The position numbers and the translations under genes were made by a program. Shown piece after piece: positions 54,519-63,030 of a stretch of DNA of 64,000 nucleotides. Each line of letters begins with the position of its first letter. Within the stretch, counting starts at the first letter, position 1. The notes beneath the pieces are model-generated. The model was not told the origin of the DNA and did no database searches. It worked only from the letters and a program-made list of their open reading frames with translations. The stretch is taken from the NCBI GenBank assembly GCA_965228895.1, contig OZ245842.1, positions 160,001 to 224,000 on the forward strand, in the 5' to 3' direction. This DNA comes from Alphaproteobacteria bacterium. GTDB taxonomy: Bacteria; Pseudomonadota; Alphaproteobacteria; SP197.

Positions 54519-54976
54519 GCGACTCACCCATCGATGGCCTCGTCGACTTTCTGGTCGAGGCGCGCCGCCAGACCTATGCCATCCCCCACGGCGAGAAGCT
54601 GGCCGACGGCACCGAGCAGATGGTTTGGGATCGCGGCATCTGGTCCTACCGCGACCGGTACGCCGGCCAAAACCCTTATGGCGGACATGAGCTCGTCTGG
54701 TGTGACGGCCGCGTCGTCTGGATGAAGAACTACATGGCGACCGTCCTGACCGACCATCCGCCGATGGGCGAGATCTATGCGTTCCAGCGCACGGTCCTTG
54801 GCGACCCCGACCCCGATCACCTGATGCGCGGACCGGCGTCATACGTCGAAGGGCCCTTCGTCTATCGCAACACGGTCGACGGTGACATCTTCCAGTTCAG
54901 CGGCGTCGAGACGATCAGCCACGACGGTATCGACGTCTACCGGATGATCTTCCACGGCGGCTTGATCGGAACCTGA
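54515..54976 (+). CDS. DUF5680 domain protein
   Basis: FLVEARRQTYA, YRDRYAG, GHELVW, WMKNY, RGP, G.ETI, FHGGLI; GTGA coupling to the deacetylase. Confidence 0.75.
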   Translation: MSDSPIDGLVDFLVEARRQTYAIPHGEKLADGTEQMVWDRGIWSYRDRYAGQNPYGGHELVWCDGRVVWMKNYMATVLTDHPPMGEIYAFQRTVLGDPDPDHLMRGPASYVEGPFVYRNTVDGDIFQFSGVETISHDGIDVYRMIFHGGLIGT

Positions 54977-54985
54977 AGAGCGCCG

Positions 54986-55879
54986 CTAGGAAAACCGGTC
55001 GTCGACAATCGTCTCCACTGCCACTTGCTGAGCGATCAATCCGAATCGGGCATAGGTCGCGATGTTCTCCCGCCAACGTTCCCGATTGATGAGGCAAGCC
55101 TGCTCCGGTCCTTTTCGGCCGAACACGAGCGGCGCCATCATGTCGAGCACCCGGCGGTTCTCGGCGACATCGGGTCGCCCGACGCAAGTCTCCGCAATCA
55201 AGGCGGCTGCCTCGTTTCGTTGGGCCAGAGCCTGCCGCCACCCCTCGGCGGTCGCCGCCAGGAATCGCCGCAGAACACCGCCATGCGTTTCCAAACACGC
55301 GGCTGTCGTGACGATTACCTGCGACTGCGGGACGAGCGAGGGATGGCGCAGCGGTATCAGGCGTGGTCGATAGCCCTGCCGCTCCAGGGCGACGGCCTCG
55401 GTGATCGCGTAACCCTGCACCGCGTCGAAACGCCCGGCTATCAGGTCGTCCAGCGACCAGCCGGTGACGGTGACGTCGACAGCATCGATGTCAACGCCAT
55501 GGAGGCGCAACAGGATGCGCAGCAGGTGCTCGCCGTCACGGTGCATGGCGATGCGGTAGCCCGCGAGATCGCCGATGGCCTCGATCCCGCTTTTGCCTTT
55601 GGTCATCAAGACCAAGGGCGTTTCCTGCAGCATGGCACCGATCGCGCGCGCGGGCTTGCCATCGGCGCCGTGCTTGACCACGAGATTGTCTTCGCAGCAG
55701 CCGGCCGAGCACGGGTCGTCGGCAATCAAGTCGAGAACGGAACGCTCGGGGTGGCGGTCCGGGGCGACCAGATCGACATCCAGACCGGCAGCGCGATAAA
55801 GACCGTGACCGCGTGCCCAGACCGGACCGGCGAACTGGCAGTCCAATCGCCAATCCAAATAGAAACGGAAAGGGGTCAC
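54986..55879 (-). CDS. NMT1/THI5-like substrate-binding fold protein, no signal peptide
   Basis: LDW...QFAG...A...GLY..AGLDV.L, IGAMLQETP, LIAGRFDAVQGY...E, FLAATAEGW. Confidence 0.82.
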   Translation of the reverse strand: MTPFRFYLDWRLDCQFAGPVWARGHGLYRAAGLDVDLVAPDRHPERSVLDLIADDPCSAGCCEDNLVVKHGADGKPARAIGAMLQETPLVLMTKGKSGIEAIGDLAGYRIAMHRDGEHLLRILLRLHGVDIDAVDVTVTGWSLDDLIAGRFDAVQGYAITEAVALERQGYRPRLIPLRHPSLVPQSQVIVTTAACLETHGGVLRRFLAATAEGWRQALAQRNEAAALIAETCVGRPDVAENRRVLDMMAPLVFGRKGPEQACLINRERWRENIATYARFGLIAQQVAVETIVDDRFS

Positions 55880-55888
55880 GGCTGCCGT

Positions 55889-56239
55889 TCAGCCATCAAC
55901 CCGCTCGAAGTAGACACCGAGAAACTCAAAGTCGTCGGACGGCTGGTGAAAGTAATCCAGGTGATCGGCGCGAAACGCCTCCAGGCCGACCGTGCCCGAG
56001 ACGGCGGGGTCGCGCCGCCACAGCCGCTCGGGTATGGCGTCCCAGCGGACCAGTTCAATGCCTGTCAGGCGCACACGACACCGCGTCGTGCCGTCGCGGT
56101 CGACAACGTCATAGGTGGCGCCGACGTGGAGCGCGGTGTTGTCCGCATCAAGCCCCTCACTCCATGCGACAAACCGTACGGTCGCCGTCTTGCTGCCGTC
56201 GATGATCTGGTCGATCAGTTCCGATTGGAACCACTGCAT
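55889..56239 (-). CDS. ASCH domain protein
   Basis: Real gene is the 3' part of ORF 55889-57019: MQWFQSELIDQIIDGSKTATVR (GxKxxTxR), VVDRDG..RCRVRLT. Confidence 0.78.
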   Translation of the reverse strand: MQWFQSELIDQIIDGSKTATVRFVAWSEGLDADNTALHVGATYDVVDRDGTTRCRVRLTGIELVRWDAIPERLWRRDPAVSGTVGLEAFRADHLDYFHQPSDDFEFLGVYFERVDG

Positions 56240-56265
56240 GCGATGGGCGGTTATGGTTTGGCTCC

Positions 56266-58515
56266 TCAGAACGGCGCGGGATCGCAAAAGCGTTTGACCA
56301 CGTTGCGCGTGATGGTCGCGACGTTGTTGTCGAAGTTCCGGCACGGCAGGGCCGAGACCCAGGCGATGGAGCCGGTCGAGAAGACGGCGCCGCCGTTGTC
56401 GGTCTCGAAGAACACCATGTCGGCGTGGACGCGCGGCTGGACCGAGCCGTAGATCATCGGATGCATGTGGCCGAGCTCCTCGTTCACCATCAAGACGGTG
56501 TCGGAGTGATCGAAAGAGCTGGCCAGCACCAGAGCGTGTGGCGGGGTGCCGCGCAGGGGGTCGGCGCAGTCGAGTTCCCAGCCCGCCGCGCCGCCGCCCA
56601 GCAAGCCGAAATCGCCGACCAGTTCGTCGTCGCCCAGGCCATCGAAGATCCAAGCGGCGCGCGGATCGTGGCTGTCCGGCTGGCGCTTGTAGGGGCTCGA
56701 CCAGTCGAAACCCTGAGCGATAAAACCGACGCCGACGACCGACTGGGGCGTGCGGCCGCCGCGCCACCACAGGCCGCCGAGTTCGCCGGTGAAGCTCATG
56801 TGGTATTCGCCGGGTTCGGCGATCCAGGAGCGCGAGCCGTCCTCGGCGCGGCGCATTTCCATGACCCCCGGCTTGTCGTCGCGGAAGGCGACGCGCCAAT
56901 AGAACCCATTGCCGCCCATGTACATCAGCCGGCCGCCTTGGCGGGTATAGCCCTGAATACCGTCCAGCATGCGGGTCGAATAGTATTCGGGGTGGCTCAT
57001 GGTCATGACGCAGGGCCATTGGGCGAGCAGGTCGGCGCCTTCGCGGTCCAGGTCTTCGTCGCTCACCATGTCATAGGCGATGCCTTCGTGCTCGAGCCAG
57101 GCAATCAGATGCATGTCGGCGCTCATCTGCCACAGCGAATTGTGCTGCGGACTAAGATTGGCGATGGGTCTGAGGCGCGAGCTGTAGTGCGGGCCCGTGT
57201 CGTCGGCGTGCAGGCCATACATGCTGACGCCGATCTCCGGATGTTCCTGCTGATAGAGATCGTCGGGACCCAGACGCGGCGACTTGTTGAACTGAAAGTC
57301 GTACTCCGCCGAGGCGATCTGCTCGTCCAGATTGGCGTAGGCCAGATAACTCGCGGTCGGTACGAGCACGCAGAGCGGTGCCGTCGTCTTGCCTGCCGGC
57401 GGGCGCACGACAAACGGCACAAACTCCGGCGCGCTATCCTCCGGTTCCAGTTTGGCGGCATAGAGACCGCTCTTGGTGTTTTCCGGAATCGTCACCTCGA
57501 AGTCCGGCCGCCACCCGCAATCGTAGATCGCGTCCTCGGTAAAGTGCATCGCGCCCCACTGCTCCGGCGCCTTCGTCCAGTTGAACTCGCTGGCGTCCCA
57601 GTTGTGCCCACGAACCGCTCGGATCGGCATGTTGACGGCTTCGCCATCCAGCTTGTTGCTGGACATATCGACCAGCCGGTCGCTCCCGATGTCCTGGCTG
57701 AAGTCCCAGGCGAGCACAATATGCCTGGCCAGTTTCTTCGGCAGGGCGCCAGTTAAGAGTTCGGCACTCTCATCGTCGTCGAGCAGGCGATTGATGAGAA
57801 CGGGGCGCTCGATCTTTCCGTTGACGTGACCGCCGGGAAACCACGTGCCGTGCTCGGTCTGGTTATTGTAGGCACCGACCATGAAGGCCGCTTCCTTGTT
57901 ATGGATGTCGCCCATGTCGGATGCGGTGGCGGTTGCTTCGGAGCGGGGTGGAATGGTCGGCACGGGATCGATCATGCGCTGGACGATCTTGAGCTCCTTG
58001 GTCGCCGCATCGTAGCTGCCGTTCAGCAGATACCATTGGCGCGCGATAAGCGGCTCTGGTGCGACAGCGCGGGCGGTGCGGTGATCGTTGCCGTCGCCGA
58101 CAAAAAAGCAGGCGTGTCCGTCGCCGTCCGTGAACAGGCCCCAACCGAACTCGTTGCTTTCGTCAAACTTGGAGACGATGGATCTCCATGGCCGCTTCGG
58201 CGTCGTCGGCCAGAACAAACACTGCAGCGAAAAACTGTCGAGCTTGTCGAACGCCTTGTCATGGCCAATCGCGCCATAGGCGCCGGGCCATATCGGCTGG
58301 TGGCGCGCCGCGTGGGTGCCGTTGGCCGGCACATCCAGTACCTCGTCGCGGTAACCGGGGCCGCCCGGCTGGTCGTCGCCTGACAGCAGCCGGACGATCG
58401 TCGCGTTGTAGCTTGATGTTCCATCGTCGGCGCTCGCCATGAAACGGATGGTGTCGCCCGGCGCAACGGAGATCTCATCCGCATAGGCCGCCAGTTTCTT
58501 CTTCAGCATTGTCAT
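56266..58515 (-). CDS. N,N-dimethylformamidase beta-subunit family protein
   Basis: PTASYLAYAN, SMYGLH, YSSRLRP, SHPEYYS, YMGGNGFYW, GAAGWELD, VHADMVFFET..GGAVFSTGSI; LamG-like N-terminal insert. Confidence 0.9.
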   Translation of the reverse strand: MTMLKKKLAAYADEISVAPGDTIRFMASADDGTSSYNATIVRLLSGDDQPGGPGYRDEVLDVPANGTHAARHQPIWPGAYGAIGHDKAFDKLDSFSLQCLFWPTTPKRPWRSIVSKFDESNEFGWGLFTDGDGHACFFVGDGNDHRTARAVAPEPLIARQWYLLNGSYDAATKELKIVQRMIDPVPTIPPRSEATATASDMGDIHNKEAAFMVGAYNNQTEHGTWFPGGHVNGKIERPVLINRLLDDDESAELLTGALPKKLARHIVLAWDFSQDIGSDRLVDMSSNKLDGEAVNMPIRAVRGHNWDASEFNWTKAPEQWGAMHFTEDAIYDCGWRPDFEVTIPENTKSGLYAAKLEPEDSAPEFVPFVVRPPAGKTTAPLCVLVPTASYLAYANLDEQIASAEYDFQFNKSPRLGPDDLYQQEHPEIGVSMYGLHADDTGPHYSSRLRPIANLSPQHNSLWQMSADMHLIAWLEHEGIAYDMVSDEDLDREGADLLAQWPCVMTMSHPEYYSTRMLDGIQGYTRQGGRLMYMGGNGFYWRVAFRDDKPGVMEMRRAEDGSRSWIAEPGEYHMSFTGELGGLWWRGGRTPQSVVGVGFIAQGFDWSSPYKRQPDSHDPRAAWIFDGLGDDELVGDFGLLGGGAAGWELDCADPLRGTPPHALVLASSFDHSDTVLMVNEELGHMHPMIYGSVQPRVHADMVFFETDNGGAVFSTGSIAWVSALPCRNFDNNVATITRNVVKRFCDPAPF

Positions 58516-58988
58516 TCTCCCCCAAGCGCCACCGTGCGCCGTTTGCCGAGCGTATCGTCTGCCAAGCGTGCAACAGCCCAACGATGAGCCTCATCGCTCA
58601 ATGCCGCTGTCGCATCATCAAGGTTGAGCCATAGACACGCATGGTCGTGTTCTACCGGTTGACCGCCGTGATCCTCGACCGTGGCCACAAAGTAGGATCC
58701 CGTCTTGTTGAGCCACGCTTGGCCGTCACGGCTGACGATCAACTGATTGGCGTGGCACAGCAGACTTGCGGTTACAACGACAAGGCCGGTTTCTTCAGCG
58801 ACTTCGCGGCGCATGGCTTGTTCTGGTTCTTCTCCTGGGTCGATGCCGCCGCCTGGCAGCATGACACATTCCGGCGTTTCGCAGATCAGCAGACGGCCTT
58901 GCGCATCGCGCAACAGGCCATAGGCGCTGGGCCGTGTCCGAACCTTGCTGCCCTTTGGTGCCGTGCCGAATTGCGGGACGCCCGTCAT
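58512..58988 (-). CDS. NUDIX hydrolase
   Basis: Nudix box LPGGGIDPGEEPEQAMRREVAEETG; RPSAYG. Confidence 0.92.
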   Translation of the reverse strand: MTGVPQFGTAPKGSKVRTRPSAYGLLRDAQGRLLICETPECVMLPGGGIDPGEEPEQAMRREVAEETGLVVVTASLLCHANQLIVSRDGQAWLNKTGSYFVATVEDHGGQPVEHDHACLWLNLDDATAALSDEAHRWAVARLADDTLGKRRTVALGGE

Positions 58989-59086
58989 GGCGACAACCTA
59001 GCCGATGCCAGGCATTCATAAGAACCCCTCACGTCTGCCATGAGGAATCCATAGCTTGCCCCAATTTGGGAAATCTCTAAACCAGC

Positions 59087-60289
59087 ATGATGAGTACGGT
59101 TGCTCTGACATCAGGCCAGCGCGCCCGCGGCATTGTCGCCTGTATCGCGGCGACGACCACCGTGACGGTGACGATGGGAATCAGCTACCCGTTCCTGGCG
59201 TTAAGCCTGGAGCATCAGGGCGTCTCGCCGTTGCTCAACGGGCTGAACGCATCGGTGCAGATGCTGGCCGTCATGTTCCTGGCTTTCCTGGCCCCCAGAC
59301 TTATCCGGCGTTTCGGCGTCAAACACGTTATCGCCGCCGGTATGGTTGGCATGGCTGTCTCCTTGGCGCTGCTGCCGGTCTTCCCGTCGGTATGGCTGTG
59401 GTTTCCCATCCGTTTTCTGTTGGGCCTTTCGGCCGAGCTCGCGTTCACCGCCGGTGACGTCTGGATCAACCAATTGGCGGACGAACGGCGGCGCGGCCGT
59501 CTCATCGGCATCGCCGGCATGTTCCAACACGGCGGGTTTGGCCTCGGCCCGGTGCTGCTGGTGGTGCTGGGCACGGAGACATGGACGGCGCTCTATATCG
59601 GCGTCGCGATCGTGCTGACAGGTTTGGTGCCCTTGGCTATCGCCGGCGGTGCACAGGTCGTGCTGGAAGGCGACCATCGCGCCCGCATCATTCATTTCTT
59701 CACCATCGCGCCGTCGCTGATGATGGCGGGACTGATGTTCGGCCTGATCGATAGCGCCACCTTGTCGCTGCTGCCGGTCTACGGTCTTCGCATGGGCGTT
59801 GCCGACGGTATGGCCGAACTGATGCTGTCGATCTTTGTCGTCGGTTCGATTTTGGCGCAGATCCCGGTCGGTTTTCTGGCCGACCGTGTCGAAACGCGTC
59901 GGCTGATGGCGGCGTGCACGTTTGTGACGTTGGGCACCATCGCGGTGCTGCCGTTCCTGGTGACCGATCCCGTCTTGATCTATCCGACCTTACTGTTGAT
60001 GGGCGCGTCGCTGGGCAGCTTCTACACCATCGCGCTCACCGCCATGGGACGGCGTTTTCGCAGTGCCCAACTGGTTGGGGCGACCACGAGTTTCATGTTT
60101 TTGTGGGCCATCGGCAGCGTCATCGGACCGGGTATCAGCGGTGGCGCGATGAATGCGCTGGGACCTGTCGGGATGCCGATCGTTGGCGTTGTCTTCTGTG
60201 TCGTCTTCCTGGGCGTGCTGCTGCGGCGCATTTCCAGCGCACCGCCACTGGTCGTTAGGGAAAAACCGGACACCGACGCTTTCGACTGA
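59087..60289 (+). CDS. MFS transporter (YcaD-like)
   Basis: WINQLADERRRGR, LLPVYG, QIPVGFLADR; about 12 TM segments. Confidence 0.9.
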   Translation: MMSTVALTSGQRARGIVACIAATTTVTVTMGISYPFLALSLEHQGVSPLLNGLNASVQMLAVMFLAFLAPRLIRRFGVKHVIAAGMVGMAVSLALLPVFPSVWLWFPIRFLLGLSAELAFTAGDVWINQLADERRRGRLIGIAGMFQHGGFGLGPVLLVVLGTETWTALYIGVAIVLTGLVPLAIAGGAQVVLEGDHRARIIHFFTIAPSLMMAGLMFGLIDSATLSLLPVYGLRMGVADGMAELMLSIFVVGSILAQIPVGFLADRVETRRLMAACTFVTLGTIAVLPFLVTDPVLIYPTLLLMGASLGSFYTIALTAMGRRFRSAQLVGATTSFMFLWAIGSVIGPGISGGAMNALGPVGMPIVGVVFCVVFLGVLLRRISSAPPLVVREKPDTDAFD

Positions 60290-60294
60290 CCAGC

Positions 60295-61077
60295 CTAGCT
60301 CACGTCCTTGCCGTCGACCGTCAGTCGTCCGACCTTCTCGGGATAGAAACACAGATGACCGGTAATGCGGCCGACTTCGTCGAGTGGATCCGGATAAAAC
60401 CAGACGGCATCGTCGATCCGGGTATCGCCGATTTTGACGTGGTGATAGCGCGCGGTGCCCTTGTAAGGGCAGCGCGTCTCCGTCGCCGATGGGATCAGAA
60501 GGTCCTGACGCACATCGTCTAAGGGAATGTAGTAGCGAGGCGGCAGGCCGGTTTCGAACAGGAAGAGCGCGCGTGTCGTTTCGGCGATGGTTTCGCCGGC
60601 GGCTTCGACGCGAACCGGGCGGGAACTCGCGACGATGTCGATACGCGCCTTGGGATCACGGGCGTGGACGAAGACCTCATCGTCCTCTTCGTACCAGTGG
60701 TCGAGTTGGTCCCAATAGAACGCCAGATAGTCCTTGATCGGGCCGCACTCGTCGAATGGCGTCTCGTAGGTCCAAACCGCGTTCTCCGCCACGCGGTCGC
60801 CGTGCACGAGATTGTAGTAAGAGGCGTCGCCCTTGAACGGACAGTGGGTCGTGTGGTCGCTGCGTGTCATCAGTGCCATGTCTGCATCGCCGCGCGGTAC
60901 GTAGTAGACGGGTAGATGTTTGGTTTCACGCAGGATGACGGCATCGAGTGTGTCGAACACGGTACGCCCGGCGAATGTCGCGCGCAGACGTTTGTCGCAA
61001 GGCAGGAGCTCGATTTCATAAGTCGGGTGCAACTGGAATCCGGGCGCCGGATTGGCGATGCGTGACAATTCGGTCAT
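60295..61077 (-). CDS. Tandem DUF427 domain protein
   Basis: Two repeats: E...PVYYVP...THCPFKGDASY...AVWTY and ETGLPPRYYIP...TRCPYKGTA...AVWFY. Confidence 0.9.
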   Translation of the reverse strand: MTELSRIANPAPGFQLHPTYEIELLPCDKRLRATFAGRTVFDTLDAVILRETKHLPVYYVPRGDADMALMTRSDHTTHCPFKGDASYYNLVHGDRVAENAVWTYETPFDECGPIKDYLAFYWDQLDHWYEEDDEVFVHARDPKARIDIVASSRPVRVEAAGETIAETTRALFLFETGLPPRYYIPLDDVRQDLLIPSATETRCPYKGTARYHHVKIGDTRIDDAVWFYPDPLDEVGRITGHLCFYPEKVGRLTVDGKDVS

Positions 61078-61086
61078 AGCGTTCTC

Positions 61087-61226
61087 CCGGAGCAGATCCT
61101 GGTTTGATGGAATCGCTTTGCGATTCCATTAAGGCAGATGAATCTGCTCTATTCATAGATAGAGAGCGGATTCACATGGTTAGGTGGAACCGCTTAACGG
61201 TTCCACCTAACCATGACCCGCTCTAG
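61087..61226. repeat. 140-bp double-hairpin intergenic repeat, copy 2
   Basis: CCGGAGCAGATC...GACCCGCTCTAG; same length and layout as 47060-47199. Confidence 0.88.
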
Positions 61227-61277
61227 GCGTTAGGGTCTATATTGGCGTGACCGGCACGAGACAAAAGGGGCAGGCGC

Positions 61278-62261
61278 ATGGCCAACGATCGAGATCACGA
61301 TGTTCGCGAAGAGTTGATGCCGTCAGGCGAGATCTATCGCCCGCGCTATTCCGGTGTCGCGACCTTCATGCGCCGCCCCCTGCGTGACGACGGCAACTGG
61401 GACGGCATCGACATCGGGTTGATCGGCGTGCCGTTCGACGGCGGCGTCACCAACCGACCGGGCGCGCGCCATGGGCCGCGCGGCTTGCGCGAGCAATCGA
61501 CCCTGATGGGCCATACCAACCATCAGACGGGCATTCAGCCCTATCACATCGCGGAATCGGCGGATCTGGGCGACGTTTTGATCGAGGGCGTCTATAACCT
61601 TGAGCGCGCGATGGACGACATCGAAGCGTTTTACAAGAAGGTGCACGAAGCGGGCATCCTGCCGCTGACCGCCGGCGGCGATCATTCGATCACGCTGCCG
61701 ATCATGAAGGCGATTGCCGCCGACCGTCCGGTCGGCCTGATCCATTTCGACGCTCATTGCGATACCGGGCCTGAGTTGTTCGGCCACAAGCACCATCACG
61801 GCGGCCCGTTCCGTGTCGCGGTCGATGACGGCGTGCTGGATCCCAAACGCACGATCCAGATCGGCATTCGCGGTCCGGCCGAGCCTTTGTGGGCCTTCAG
61901 CTACGAATCCGGCATGACCGTCATCCACATCGAGGACCTCTATGCCATGGGGATCGACGCGGTCATCGCTCGGGCGCGTGAGGTCGTCGGCGACGGCCCG
62001 ACCTATATCAGCTTCGATGTCGACGGGCTGGATCCGGTCTATGCCCCAGGCACAGGCACGCCGGAAGTCGGCGGGTTCACGACATTCGAGGCGCAGCAGA
62101 TGCTGCGTGGCCTGCGTGGTCTCGACATCATCGGCGGCGATGTGGTCGAAGTCTCGCCGCCGTTTGATCCGTCCGGCCAGACCGCGCTGACCGGTGCCCA
62201 GATGATGTGGGAAATTCTGTGCCTGATGGGCGAGAACGTCGCGGCGAAGAAGGGCGGCTAA
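61278..62261 (+). CDS. speB: Agmatinase / guanidino-acid ureohydrolase
   Basis: GVPFDGG..NRPGARHGP, GGDHSIT, HFDAHCD, HHGGPF, SFDVDGLDP..APGTGTPE, DVVEVSP; exact substrate uncertain. Confidence 0.85.
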   Translation: MANDRDHDVREELMPSGEIYRPRYSGVATFMRRPLRDDGNWDGIDIGLIGVPFDGGVTNRPGARHGPRGLREQSTLMGHTNHQTGIQPYHIAESADLGDVLIEGVYNLERAMDDIEAFYKKVHEAGILPLTAGGDHSITLPIMKAIAADRPVGLIHFDAHCDTGPELFGHKHHHGGPFRVAVDDGVLDPKRTIQIGIRGPAEPLWAFSYESGMTVIHIEDLYAMGIDAVIARAREVVGDGPTYISFDVDGLDPVYAPGTGTPEVGGFTTFEAQQMLRGLRGLDIIGGDVVEVSPPFDPSGQTALTGAQMMWEILCLMGENVAAKKGG

Positions 62262-62914
62262 TCCAGCTCGTCCTCGGCAACGGTCCAGGGTTCCTGGCGC
62301 GCGGCATCGCTCCAGGTCTGCATCGCCGGCAACGCCATGATGGCGTCGACATAAGCGGACGAGACGGGGTCGAGGTCGACGCCATAGGTGACGAGGCGGC
62401 TGGCGACCGGTGCGTACATGGCATCGGCGGCCGAGAAGGCGCCGAACAGAAAATCGCCATCGTTGCCGTAGTCGCCGCGGCACCGGTTCCACCGTTCCTG
62501 GATCTGCAGGATGTCCTTAAGCGCGCCAGGCGTATGGCCGCGTCCGGGCAGTGACTTCCTGATGTTCATCGGCATCGCCGAACGCAACTCGTCGAAGCCC
62601 GCATGCATTTCACAGGCAACGCTGCGCGCGACGGCGCGTGCTTCGAAGTCGTCCGGCCAGATGGCGGCCTGGGGATGACGGTCCGTGGCGTACTCGATGA
62701 TCGCCAAGGTTTCCCAGACCGTCAGGTTGCCGTCGACCAGGCACGGCACCTTGCGCGACGGCGAGACCGCCGCGATCGCGGCGTCCCACTTGTTATCGAA
62801 CAAGGGGATCAGCCTCTCCTCGAACGGCAGGCCGAAATGCTCGAAGACCAGCCACGGCCTGAGCGACCACGAGGAATAGTTCTTGTTGCCGATGTAGAGG
62901 ATTGGTGTGGTCAT
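62258..62914 (-). CDS. Glutathione S-transferase family protein
   Basis: IGNKNYSSWSLRPWL, SPSRKVP, WETLAI, EMHAGF, FSAADAMYAPV. Confidence 0.93.
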   Translation of the reverse strand: MTTPILYIGNKNYSSWSLRPWLVFEHFGLPFEERLIPLFDNKWDAAIAAVSPSRKVPCLVDGNLTVWETLAIIEYATDRHPQAAIWPDDFEARAVARSVACEMHAGFDELRSAMPMNIRKSLPGRGHTPGALKDILQIQERWNRCRGDYGNDGDFLFGAFSAADAMYAPVASRLVTYGVDLDPVSSAYVDAIMALPAMQTWSDAARQEPWTVAEDELD

Positions 62915-62927
62915 GCAGCCAGGTCCC

Positions 62928-63030
62928 GAGCAATTCCCAAAGGGTTGGGAATTGCTCCGATCATTTGATGTAGAGCGGATTCACGCGATGTGATCGATCC
63001 GCTTTGTGGGTCGGTCACATCGCGATCCGC
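62928..63030. repeat. Divergent third member of the double-hairpin repeat family
   Basis: GAGCAATTCCCAA-AGGG-TTGGGAATTGCTC hairpin, TCAT..GAT spacer, then AGAGCGGATTCAC-[different stem]-GATCCGC. Confidence 0.7.

Noticed and set aside
566-62492. Many long alternative ORFs (e.g. 566-1909, 10957-13104, 23808-25139, 36449-38206, 55025-56452, 61323-62492)
   Set aside because: They are antisense or frame-shifted shadows of well-supported genes, expected in high-GC DNA, and have no recognisable motifs.
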